Assembly: GCA_030704615.1 (NCBI GenBank)
Contig: CM060732.1
Span: 79,794,001 to 79,858,000 of the forward strand
DNA: 64,000 bases
Source: Takakia lepidozioides
Lineage: Eukaryota; Plantae; Bryophyta
Direction: 5' to 3'
A program made the position numbers and the translations under genes. Of this stretch, positions 37,517-50,314 are shown piece by piece (positions within the stretch are counted from its first letter, which is position 1; the number at the start of each line of letters is the position of its first letter). The notes below the pieces were generated by a model that worked only from the letters and a program-made list of their open reading frames with translations, was not told the origin of the DNA and ran no database searches.

Positions 37517-38550
37517 TGTAAAGCCCCATACTTGCTTACGCCTGGAAATAACCCGTTTCATCCAAAACGGTGATACACATTCATCGTATATTTTTGGCAT
37601 ATAAAGTCGTTAATCCGTTACAATGATGTTTAGGTTAGGGTTAGTTTAGGCTGGTGGCTTGATCCTGGCCCTTCGTTAGATCTAGGGCTGCAAGGCAGCA
37701 CCATGGGCTTGGGCCTATAATGTCTCGCCACGGAGCGGGCCACTTAGGTTAGGGCTTTTGTATAAAGACGGCGCCCTAACACAAGGTCAGGGCGGTGTAC
37801 TCGGGTGTTGCTGTATATGTGATTTTGGTGTACAAGTTTTTGGATGAGAGCTGCTTAGTGTCTGATTCGTGATGTCTTGATCTTCTTCACGATCTACTTT
37901 TCAGCTTACTTCACTTCTCTTCTCAGCGGATTAGTCTTAGTTTTTCGGCTGATGCCTCTTCGGACTTGGCCTCTCTAGGACTTACAACATTTTATGACAT
38001 CTCACCATTTGTACTCCTTGCATGGTTTTCCTAGCCAGGGGTTTTGTCCTCGGCCCAACTTGCACGTGCCATGTTTTCCCTTGGTAGGTTTTTCACCCAG
38101 CAGTGGAGGGTGATATAATTTCATTCTTTGTTTTTCTTCGCGGAGCTCAGGATTTTCGTGGGGGTAAAGGCTTCACAGATGTAAAGCCCCATACTTGCTT
38201 ACACCTGGAAATAACCCGTTTCATCCAAAACGGCGATACACATTCATCGTATATTTTTGGCGTATAAAGCCGTTAATCCGTTACAATGATGTTTAGGTTA
38301 GGGTTAGTTTAGGTTGGTGGCTTGATCTTGGCCCTTCGTTAGATCTAGGGCTGCAAGGTAGCACCATGGGCTTGGGCATATAATGTCTCGCCACGCGGCG
38401 GGCCACTACGGTTAGGGCTTTTGTATAAAGACGGCGCCCTGACACAAGGTCATGGCGGTGTACTCGGGTGTTGTTGTATATGTGATTTTGGTGTACAAAT
38501 TTTTGGATGAGAGCTCCTTAGTGTCTGATTCGTGTGTTTGATCCTCCTCT
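37517..38550 (+). mobile_element. LTR retrotransposon relic: LTR 37517-37986, ~190-bp spacer, partial second LTR from 38180
   Basis: TGTAA...TTACA termini on the first copy; ~355-bp direct repeat starting tgtaaagcccc at 37517 and 38180; purine-rich tract shortly before the second copy. Confidence 0.7.
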
Positions 38551-39962
38551 CGCGCGCTGCTTGCTCTTTCTGCTCGCCCCTTTGTTGTGCAACTTCACTT
38601 CTTGAGAGGAAATGAGTATATGCTTCAGGCTTGTTTTAAGGCTTCATAAACTCAAGAACCGATTTTTAGTTGTTCACATGAGTACTAATCACAACACATA
38701 AAGAACAAATAACCCCTATACATGATAAACATGTTACCCATAATAACCCCCATACATGACGTGGATATTGCTCACCCGATACCAAGCCCTTTCCATAATA
38801 GGCATGAGATTGTGCGGTGAGACTTCAGTTCACCTACAAGATCTTCACCCATGGATAATTTTGTAGGACGAACCTCTGAACCCTGAAACTACTTTTACAT
38901 TTTGAGATATAGTTTCTCAGGGCGATTATCTCCAGATTATCAAGACGTCCAGGCTGTACTTTAAGGAACGAAATATATTCTATGCCTAAACCTATACAAC
39001 AATAAAATTTGGGATATGGGATAGTTGGATGGGATAAAAGGTTTTGATTCAAGCTATATCATCAAGGGGTTTTCAAAGTGGAACCCATCGCTGCGTAGGT
39101 TTGTGGCCTCCCCCGCCGCCACCGCTATATGTTTAAGGTTTTTGGCTATATTACGTAGGGTTTCGCGTTGAGAAACCCTTGTTGAATTAGATGGTGTAAC
39201 TGAATGTCACACCCTTTTGTATCGTCGTGGTGAAGCTTTTGTTTTCCATTAGAGGTGAACTATGAGGAATAGTTTAATAATACAATGTTTATATCAATAG
39301 TTCATATGTTTTGGCTTGCAAGTGACTATTTGGAATGTATTCAATGTTTATAACATATAGATAGATTATGTACACCAACTCATTTGCCCAGTTTGGGAGC
39401 CCGACACTATGGGAAGGGCGAATCAGGGCCCAGGAGGTGCTAGCGTACAAGTAGGAGGGGGCGATGGGACGTAGACACATGGACGGTTTTTTTTTTTTTG
39501 AATATTGCATGGGCATGGGGCGGTGGGCCCTGCCCTTCTAGATCTTTCCAGAAGCAGCAGATGAGGCGGTGGGCCTCCTTCTAGAAGGCTCCACCACGGC
39601 CCCCAAAAACTATATAAGGAGGGTAAGGGGGTTTATTAGGATTCTCCCGTGTCCCTTTGGTGGGCTTTGCAAGCAAGGCCCCCTTAGAAAATAAAAGATT
39701 GGAACCTCAACCATCAACTAATTAAAAGATCACTTACTATGCAACAACAACAATTACTCAATTACTAGCTATTTGTACCATGTAGATGTACCACTCCCGC
39801 TTATGGTGGGTTTTTTTTTTTTTTTTTTTTTTTCCCATTTTGAAAACACGAACTTCCATGACCGGGTTTTAAATAGATAAAACGGGCCATGACCGTAAGT
39901 TGTGCTAACGTGCTCACACGATACCATGCAACCGCTCTCTTCTTTGTTGTTTGTGGTCTTTG

Positions 39963-40137
39963 ACAACCAACATGTAGCCCAGTGGTAATGGGCACATATT
40001 ACGTTGGATGTGGTTGTGGGTTCAAACCACGGTTTGGTGTGTCATGACGGTGTCCACCTTTCAGCTGGAAGGCAATAGCCCTTGTGGTGAAGCGACGCCA
40101 TAAGTTATGCTCCCTTAGGGAGGCGTCATATATATAT
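39963..40137 (+). mobile_element. Putative tRNA-derived SINE
   Basis: A box TAGCCCAGTGGT (~39975), B box GGTTCAAACC (~40019), (TA)n at the end; related head at ~61070. Confidence 0.5.
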
Positions 40138-43100
40138 TTTTTGGTCGTCTTCACTTCCCCATTGTAGATTTCTAGTCGTTGTCAATTCCCTATGATTGTT
40201 GTGGTCCAACTATTCTCTAATGCTAAGACTTAGTTTCGTCTTGTCATCCTTGTCTTTGGTGTTTGTCGTCTTTTAATTTCGTTTTTGGTTTCTTTTTAAT
40301 CTTTGTATCTCTTTTCATAGGCTCATCAGGTTTCTCCCCCTTTTTTCTTTTTAGATGCTTTGGGCATATATTTTAGCATATCGTGTTATTTAGAGCGGAG
40401 TTTATTCAGTGTTATTTTTCTCCCTATTTCTCTAATCTGGATATTGTCATTTTGCGGCTATATGTGGTCTACCTTCTTACCTCTTCATTGTGGTATGAGC
40501 CGGATCCATTTAGATGGATTTTAGTTGATATGTGTGGCGTGATTGTCAGAGTATCTTTGCATAGTTTCTCTATTCCCATTTGGAGTCTTTGAGTATTGTT
40601 TGGCAAAATCTGAATGTAGTGTTGCATCTTTGCTGCAGAACAATAAGAGAGGAAGGTATTGGTATTCTTTTCCATCGGATATCCCAGCCACCCTTACTCT
40701 TCTTCTCATCTTTGGGCATTCTTTTACTAAGCTTTGACTAGAACCTGATGTTTTGTTTTATCTTTGATCAGTCTCTGTCGGTTCTTCGCCGAGACATTTT
40801 ATAAGAGACAACTGAGATAGATTGGGAAAAAAATGATTGTTTTTTAATAGAAAGGAGAAAAATTCTCTCATAATGGGGGCCCTGAATGTGTCTTTATATA
40901 AGGAGAGTGTATCCCTTCCCTCTAATTCTCTCCACTCCATCTTGGAAAGAGACCTAGCCTTCTATGTTTTCTTCCCACTAGAGCTGGCTGGGACAATGCA
41001 ATGGCTTCAAGGCCTGGGGCTTAGGCTTCTAAATGGAAGGTGGTTGTAGCCCTTTGAGATGAAGTGATACCATATGTTACGTGTGCTTCAATAGGAGTCT
41101 TTAACTCTTTTTGCAATATTCCATTAGAACTTTATAAAAAGTTCAACGTTTGATGGGATATAATTTAATACGGAATATAATAGGAATAATGTGATAAACT
41201 TGATGTAGGTATGCAATCTGACGATACTTTCGCCAAATTTAGGCAACATCGGCTCCTTTACCTTTGGTGAGAAAAAAAAAGGTACTGGATCAACCGGTTA
41301 CTTAGCCCTCCCAAGTCCGTTATAACGTGTTTAGCGCCACTTCATTTTATGGCTATTTCATTATGAAGCAAACCATTGATTTCTGTTTGGTAGTTAATCA
41401 TAATTAATATTTAGAAATGCGGTAACATATACATTGAATATGTGAAGGAACAAAAGAAAGAAAGAAAGAAAGAAAGTATTATTAGAGCCGCGCAGATTTG
41501 ACAAAAGAACGATTCTTAGTTTTTTCTCTTTTTTTTTTTTTCTTTCCCGGGCAGCTTAAAAATTACGGACGATGACGTGGCTGATGATGACGTGACCTAC
41601 AAAACGTGGCAACGATGATCATGTGGCTATGACACCATATTCCTGCTCTATACTAAAAACTAGTCTCCGACCTTCAGTCGTCACTAGAATTTCCTACTTG
41701 GTGCCTTTTTCCACTCCAAATAATGACTAGCTCTGAGAAGTTAAGTGAGGTTATCCACCTACCAACATTCATTTGCAAACAATGATCGTACACGTGGATG
41801 CCCACTTTGCCCCTACGTTATCTCTCCAATTTTTTCAGGAATTTTCACCATTGAATTTGGGAGAGTATAATGTTTTATTAAGAACAATGTGTTTGTGTGT
41901 TTTTTTCTTTTTGGTTAAATATGTTTTTTTTCTTTGACCAAGCAAGTTGAGGGGCTTTTGCAAAATGATTACTCATAATATATAAGCTGTTTTGTATGTG
42001 TTTTTGGGAGGGTTGACATGACTTGACGCAACTTTCCAAAACAATCACCTTCACACTTGAAGCTTCCTTGAGAGTCCAAAGTAGGCCATCCCAAAAACCA
42101 TAATAAGACTAGCATCAACTTGCACTTTTTGAGGACTGGGGTGGCCCAATCAATGTTGCCAATCAGCTCTGCGTAGCTGTTACATTCCTCTCATCTATTT
42201 TATTTATTTATTTTTTCAACGATCTTTCCTTCCTGTCAATCGAACTGAAATTTGGACTTCACCGTGAGTGAGATCGTTCTAATTCTGACATGTGGTGATT
42301 CAATGGACGTTCGCTTCTTTCTGCCCTGTATATATCGCTAGTGACTTTGAAATTTCAGCTTCACTTTCTTGCCAACAGTTCCATTATGATCAGACTAGAG
42401 ATTGAACCAAATCCCTGGCAATTGGGAAAGATCTCAGATCGTAGATCATGACAGTCATCACTGTATGTCGCTGGCTCTTATTCCAACTCGGCTAAAGACC
42501 AACGAGTACTTTATATACAAATCCTTCAAGTTCCAGCTATCATAGATCCCAACTAGAACTATTACACAATCCTAGAAGTTGCACATGGTACTGGAGTACA
42601 TCCAGTCCTCCCAACTGCCACACTATGCATCTGATTCTGATTCTGTGTCATTCCTCTTCCCTGCTCGTAGGCACTTCTTCGATGGCCGTCCTATCTGCCA
42701 GTCTCTGTACACAGCCAACGTCTATGAGTGCGTTCTGTCCAGGGAATAAGCTAGAAGAGAAAAATCTTTAATCTCCTCTGTACACTTTTCTATCTTTTCA
42801 TATGTAGCCATGATCTTGATCACTTGGAGCTTGCCACCACCTGCTGCTTCACATGACAGCTCCGTCTCCTCTCCAAATAGCCATCAAGTAGAGCTGAACC
42901 CTTCAACGCCCTGCCAAACCTGTTAGAGGTTTGAATTTCCAGGGACGTTATAGTAGCCCTCCTCGACCCAATGGTTTTCTAATCACTCGACATTTAGAAA
43001 AATCCAACAGCACCTATCTCAACACATTTGAAAGGCAAAGAAAGCAAAAAAACTGTCTACCAAAAGAAAGACAATGAGAAAAAAAAAACCTATCAAAAGA

Positions 43101-43266
43101 GAGGTACTTATTGGTAGGTACTAGTGTTCTTACTATCAAGTCTAGCTTGGGGAATCACTGGCAACTGTCCTTCATTTCCTTTTAAACCCTAAAACATGTT
43201 TTTTTTTTTTGTACGTGCTCCAAGGCTTAAGCAAGCTCTCCAGTGGCTCTCCAAATTTATTGGATT

Positions 43267-43410
43267 TCAATAGTGGTATGCTGATATAGTGCTCAATAGT
43301 GGTAAGCTTGGCTCTAAGACCTTAGTGGACTTCAATAATGGTACATTGGTACAGTACTCAAATAGCGGTATGCTAGTAAAGTGCTCAATGGTGGTGCTCA
43401 ATAGCGGTTG
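43267..43410. repeat. Degenerate ~25-bp minisatellite
   Basis: Recurrent TCAATAGTGGTA...AGTGC units. Confidence 0.6.
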
Positions 43411-45760
43411 TGGATAGCATGAATGTGATATCTCCTGACCTTCTAGTTTTTAATGCATCAAAGCTCTTCCATCCAAAATATTATCCAAGTAGTAAAGAGG
43501 CTCGTATCAATATGTCTTAGCAATGGTTGGAGAGGTTGATCTTGAAATTCGGATCAATAGAAGCTGAAAGTGATGCAAATAAAGTTGAGTTGCTTGAGTT
43601 TGTGAAAACCTTGAAACCAAATCCTTGTTTGAGGCGTGGTGATTGTGTGGAGGTACCAACAAGTGACATACTAATTGATTACACCTCAAAACACTTGTGA
43701 TTCCTAGAAGTACAACAATTTGTGAGAGGGATTTCTCGAAACAAAATGCTATCAAAAGTCATTTGCGAGCTCGCTTGAGGTTAGATACTTTGGATGCTTT
43801 GATGTGAGTGTCATTATGCGGGATCGAGTTGGAGAAGATGGATTGGAGGCGGTCTTCGAAGTGTTAATTTCATACGACATGATTGTTTGAAATGTCTATA
43901 ATTAACTTTCTGCAAGCTCCATTGGACGTCTGGCTAGTTCCGAACATACCGCTCATCGTTGGATATCAAGCAGTTATGGTAAAATGAGGTACCCAAGACC
44001 TACCACCTCATGTTGACTCCCCATTTCCCACTCTTATGCAACTTTCCGATGTTGAATGAATTATGTACATTGATGTAGAATTAATCTCCAAGTGTTTTTA
44101 CCAACAGTGCAGCAATACGCAAGGGATACTAACAAAGCACGAAAGAAAGAAGAGAGAAGAAAGAAAAAAATGGCACAAAGTAGAGCAAGAAATGTCACTC
44201 CAAGAATACGTGCCTTGTGCAGGTAGCTGACTGCCAGACACTTCTAGTCCTAAAAGCTGAAGGCTTCTGCCATTCGCCCACGGAAGGCCCAGAGAGAGCA
44301 TTACACACATAACAAAGATGGAAAAGACAAAAAATAGGGTCGAGACTTCAGACCTGATTTCTGAGATCCTCCTCGAAAATGCGAAATAATTTGGTCTGCT
44401 GCAAGTGATCAGTTTCCATTTCGACTAGTAAGTGGTATTGAACAACATACATATCCTCCGATAGAGATACAAACATACAAACATATACACACACTGCTTG
44501 ACACGATTGCTGGAGTTGATATTACACACCCTGCAATCCGCCAAAGTAAAAGATTTGTAGGGATTCACCGAAAAGGACAAGTATAGATCAACACACACAA
44601 CAATAACTTGGACAAAATAGAAACCTAGGTCTTGTGGGTCTTCAGCTTGTTGTGTAGCCCAGCAGTTCAACCACTCCACACATAGAGGGAATCCAAGCCA
44701 TATTGTCTATATTCCTGAGTAAGGTCAGCGGGGGCGCCCTAATTATCAAGACCTCTTTCCTGTGAATTCTAATAGGGACAATGACCAGCCCCAAGGGGAT
44801 GGCAGACATGGTACATCCAGTATCTACAACACATGGAAAACTCAAATGATGCACATGGATTTCAGATATAACTTAGAACGGAGGTCAAACTTTGCAGCGG
44901 CATCGGACCACTCCCAGCCCATTACAAATGTAGAGAAGGTAAACAACAGCACAAAGGCTGACCATATCAACAACCACAGGAGGATCAACAAGGATGTTAC
45001 GTACTGTGCACAAGTTGCTAGCCTCGCACCGTCGCTCAAGTCTTCCTGCCAAGCGTTCCGCCCTTTCCTCCTTTAAGAAGTCCAAAGGCCATGCTCCCCA
45101 CACAAACTATACATATGGCACTCATCTCTGCTCCCAGGGGCAGGACGACGAAGGCCGACGAAGGCCAGAGTTTTGCTAACGTGAGAGCAGGGAAGAAAGG
45201 GAAGAAGCTTTCACTGGTCTCCAGCCATTTCCCAATGGCTATTACTGGTTAAGAATATATTTCACAAAAACAAAAACAAATACAAATCAATATTTGATGC
45301 TCATTAATATCAATAGCAATGTTAACTAGTGAAGGTATATATGTGAAGTTTGGGTGTTTTCCGGTGAAGGCATATCAGGATCTTCCCCCATTTTGGCAGT
45401 GGTCTCCTCTTCAGGGAGGAGCCAACAAATATAAATTATGGTGTTAGTATCTTCCCTAGGACTAATCCTTGTGACTTCCTCCTATTACATTCTATTCTAA
45501 GTCAAATTTTATTACACCACATGATAGTTACAATGATTGGAGTGACACTCCCATCCTTGTCACCCCCTTCCTCATGATGTCATCCCATTATATCTCACCT
45601 TGGTGTTTGGTGTCACCCCTGCAATCACCCCAATCTATGTGTCCTGTGCGGATTACACTCTATCGAAAGTGGGGTGGGGAAGATTTGACATGGTAGAGAC
45701 CGGAGTCGACATGCTGTCAGAGGTGCATCAAGTTCTTACATTATTCCTAGTGTCCTCCTA

Positions 45761-46414
45761 TACCGTCCCTGCCCAACCATTCCTACATTAGGCATCTTCA
45801 TGCTATAAGTTTTTTGAATTATGCACATGAAAAGAGAAAAAAATGATTTTCTTAAGAATACAAATAGAAAATGAAAACCCAGGGCCCCTTGTCCCTTGCC
45901 AATAGACCCAGCTCGATTCTCCTCCAAGCTTGCACCCAGGAATGCTAAAGTCACTCAGGATGTACCTAATATCTATCTTGACCTTGGTGCAGAGGAAACT
46001 ATCTGTAGATGTCTTGCAAATCTGCACATTGAAAATGAGGATATCCCTAATCTCAATGTGGTGGACGAGGTAGATGGAGAGCTCATGATGGTTAGCGAGG
46101 AGGATGAATATGATGACATTGTCAAGTCCATGAAGGGCCTTTGGAAGTTACATGGAGCTCTCGCAATAGATTGGGATTTGTAGGAAGTTATTTTCGCACG
46201 CATATGTTTGCATTGATTTTTGTTCAATGAAACTTTCATCTTATTACAAACAACATGCCAAGAAGAGGCTTGAAAGTTTTTTGCTGGAATTTTCAGGAAT
46301 TAGGCACTTTGGTCCCATAGTTTCTGTGCAATTAGGCCAAATTTTGAAAAATCCCCAAAACGTCTTATTCCAATTTGAATTAATTATCGCCTAAATGGTT
46401 GGGCAGGGACGGTA
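45761..46414. mobile_element. Non-autonomous TIR DNA transposon (MITE-like), 654 bp
   Basis: taccgtccctgcccaaccatt (45761-45781) and its exact reverse complement (46394-46414); flanked by CTA on both sides. Confidence 0.85.
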
Positions 46415-46570
46415 CTATGGTAGTCGGACAGGTGACATCCACATGTTCAAAGGCCACCTGGCATGCTGAGTCAGCTTTTTGCTGTCGAGTGTTATATTTT
46501 AGGTTAGGGATGAAGTATTGGATGATCATCTGTGTGCATTGTTGTTGATGGGTCATTGAGGAGTGCAGTG

Positions 46571-47369
46571 ATGCAGAGTGCAGAGCAGATCAAGGTCGAT
46601 TTGAGAGACGATGTTGAGGCTGCATTCGCAATGTGGCTCGTCGCAGAAAAGGCAATACACTCTATTTTTGTAGGCAACCCTGAGATTGCTGGGAGAGAGT
46701 TCACTGTGGTGAGGCAAGTTCTTGAAAGCAAGCGGAGAAGAACAATCCACGATCTGTGGAACATGGATCGCTACAGCCGCCAAGAATGCCTCATGGTTTT
46801 GAAGGGGCTAATTCTGGACAGTGCCATTCGCAGACGCAATCCTAAAACTGTGCTCGAGCTTGGTGCCTACTGTGGGTAATGCGAATGTCATCGACCCAGC
46901 TTGAACGTCCCAACAGCATTCTTGTCAGCTTCGAGATCGAGCCAGAGCGGGTAGACATTGCTCGTTGAGTCGCTGAGCATGCCGGTGAGATTTGTATTAC
47001 CCTCTTTGAAACAATATTCTACTTCATCTTTTTATCATAACTCTGGTTTTCCAAGTTTTTCCAGCACGATCTATCTAATGTAAAGATATATCATCAAGGT
47101 TCAGCTACATCCTTGGCCCAATATCGGAACGTACCTGCGTGTGCATATCAGATTTTATTGAACGGTGCATTTTCGGGATCAGGATCCAGAAAGTGATCAA
47201 ATGATGAACCTAGGCCTAATCGGTGTGTTCACCAGACGCAACGGATATGATGTGGCAGGGTGGTCGAAGGAGTTCTGAGCACATGAAGGATAGACGAGCT
47301 AAAGCGCTTTTGGCGACAGTGGGTGAAGCCTCCTTTGATTTTGTCCTCATTGATCATACAAAGGAGTAG
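46571..47369 (+). pseudogene. Catechol O-methyltransferase-like pseudogene (animal/fungal COMT type)
   Basis: MDRYSRQECLM..KGLILDSAIRRRNPKTVLELGAYCG* then ILVSFEIEPERVDIAR*VAEHAG, an intron, and FDFVLIDHTKE*; several stops and frameshifts. Confidence 0.75.
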
Positions 47370-50314
47370 ACTGAGGAGACCGTGGAATCTCGATGTTAAT
47401 TGAAGATATGACTACAGTACTTCGGTTTTGTGTGATACTAACTTACTCCCGATTCGCAAGAGGACCTGACTGTCAAGCTTACAGCTGTGCAGAAGGAGCA
47501 GCTCCAGGTTAATATAGGTATTTCAGTTGTAGGCAACTCCTGTCACTACGCTAGTGTCCTTGCCCGCAAACTTGAACCTAAATGTCAATGATTATACCAG
47601 TGCACCAGAGCCCAAAGCCCGTACAAGCTCGTAAAGCAATCCCGCGGCGGACAGAAAGCGAGTATATCGAAATCGTCCCTCGACAGTCTCTTTTCAGAAC
47701 TTCATAACATCGACCTGCAGGACAACGCAGTCTAATCCTTGTGCAAGGAAAAGCTAATAATGTGCCTCTAATGTGCACGTATGGGTTCCTCCAATATTGC
47801 GGTTTAATGTACACTTCAGAACGCCGCAGTATTTGGCCGGCCCATAGGTCATCGCTAGAAAGACCAGGACCTACTTACAGGTCATGCAACCAACTGATGT
47901 TCTCAAACTGAGTCTTGTACTAGTCTGCACTATGTCCATTTTCTCCTTGTGGGATTGTAAAACATAATTTTTTAATATACCTACTCTGGCGCACCTGGAA
48001 TGCGCATGTTGTGGGAAAACTCAACGGTTCCCTTTGTAACGAGCCCCTCTTTCTTTAGTAGCTCAAAAATCAGACAAGCAAAATCTAGATGCAGCCAGCG
48101 GCACCCTTATATTTACTAATCGTCTCTTCTGGACTCAGTTCGTTCTCTTACTAAATCCATCCAGACGTTATTTGCATAATAACTCTGGGTCTTCTCAAAC
48201 AGATAAGCTCGTTCTCTGCCAGCGAGACTCTTTGATGCATTGTCAAGAGTTACTCAGGTGACCAGGCAACCCTCCCTGGCCTCATCACGCTCTCCTGCAC
48301 GACCACTCTTAAACGTTCCCTTCATCTCTCCTTACTTCACTCATCACACCCATCTCTTAATGCCCACCTCAGCAATGCATCCAAGTTATTTAGTGTTGAA
48401 TCTCAAGACTGGAATCAGGCGACGAGGATCGTGAACGCTGCAGACGGGCACAAGAGACACAACGCAGGGTCAGCACTGCCGCGTCACGACATGTCACGCC
48501 TCGTTCGTTACCAAACGGACAAGGCATATACCGTCATAGCACATGCGTCATCCATAGATTCCGCTCCAAGTATCCATCCATTCAGAATCATCCAACGCTC
48601 GTCGCGCCGCGGCCACTTGCAAGTTACTTTTACCTACCCGGCGCGCTTCAGCATTATCCGGCTAAACCCTATCCACGGCCAATAACACGCGCGGGTAAGC
48701 TGCGCTGCCCGGCTAAACGCCTGGCGACATCATCGCCTCCTCGCACACACGTGGACTCTGCCGAGGCCTGGCCCCACTCGCCAGCGTATATGCGCCAAAC
48801 GATATGGGTAATTCCGCCTATTTCCTGTCGACTGCTATATATACCCAAATGTGGTCGAAGTGCCTCTTAATGTGGCTTACATATAAAGGCCCTTCCAGTT
48901 CCAAAGTCGGCGGTGACCACCTCTCCTTTCTCTGTAACTTACCATTCTGAATTGTATGGTCGAGGAACCGTGAGAAAAATGTTGACCTGGGTCGCAGTAA
49001 AAGATCCTACCGACGACCCCACATCCTCACTGCTTCTAACTTAGTCAAAATATATCTAAGTGGAGCGACGAGAGAAGACCGTCTCAGTTTACAAGACTTC
49101 CGTCCCTTTCCTTCAAATTAAAAAATAAAAAAGATTCCGGCCGAAGCCCGCGTAACTAAGAGCCATTTAATCGTGGGCCCAACGTCTTAAGTCGTGTATA
49201 TATGGTAATAAAAAATAATTTGATATCACATGCCCCAGAATTTCTGTGCCCGAGCCTTGCTGAGTAGTGCCGTAACGAATCAGAAGATGGTTTATTTTGG
49301 CGCTTATTTTGAATTTTATATTATTTTCAAAATAATTTATTTTAAAATTTAAAGAAGTCTCGGTGGCCAATTTTGGGTTAGGAAACGACAGCGCGAGTAG
49401 GTGGTAGTAGTAACTCTAATAACCCAGTTGGATGAGACGCTTAATTCATGCTCAGTAATAAGTGAGTTAGTAAGTGCTGAGCCAGTTGGAGCTATTTACG
49501 AGGTGGCGAGTAATTAGTGAGTGGTTAGTGGATTTGGAGGCGGTCAAAGAGACGAAGGGGAAAAGAAGGGTAAGTAAAAGAAAGCGAAGGTGGTTCAAGG
49601 AAAGGAGACGAAGAAGGAGAAATACAAGGGAGAAGGTGCGGTTGCAGGTTCTTGGAAGAGAGGCAGGGTGTTGCCAAGGAGGGGAAGGAAAGGGGAGAGC
49701 GAGAGAGAGAAGAGAGGGAGAAGAGAGAGAAGAGAGAAGAGAGCAGTGGTGTGATGGGGGAGGAAGGAGTTGCGTTTCGGTTCAACTTTTCCGAAGCCGG
49801 CGCTACCGCTGTGCAGGTGTGCTAACCACTGCTCTGACTGACCTGCGTAGGGCCATATTAGGGTGTCTTCTCATCCCCGGCTGTGCCCTATATCATACCA
49901 AGTTGGAGGCCTCCTTGCTCTCCACCTTCGGGTCATCCTTGTTGTGCTTGGTGTTGTATTTGGAGCGACTTTTGAGTGATTCCCGTGTGACTTGAGGTCG
50001 ATGCGCGGTAGATCTGTGTCAATCACATCGAGAGGTTGGAGGTAAGTAGGAGTAGCCTAGTTGTTTGTGCTTGTGGAAAAATTTCCAAAGTGCGGATCGG
50101 CTGCAGAGGGACTGGTGGCCCTGGAGGGAGTTTTACAGCTGTGAAGGGGGAGGTTCGTGTCTCTTGGAATTGACCTTCGCGTGTGACGGCGCGCGGTAGA
50201 GCTGTAGATCGTATTGTTGATGTGCCACAGCGCCGGAAATATCTCGGGCGGTCGCGGCTGTGACAATCTACAGAGGTTGAGCTAAGTTCGAGCGCCACCA
50301 GCAGTGAGGAGGGA

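Noticed and set aside
37630-37652. Telomere-like TTAGGG words
   Set aside because: Few degenerate units inside an LTR; not a telomeric array
40400-41050. Possible old RTE-like 3' region on the minus strand
   Set aside because: Only faint motif resemblance
44425-45103. Hydrophobic minus-strand ORF pieces
   Set aside because: No recognisable family or consistent exon structure
50001-50045. Short upstream ORF MRGRSVSITSRGWR before the METTL18-like gene
   Set aside because: Conservation and transcript structure cannot be assessed from this sequence alone
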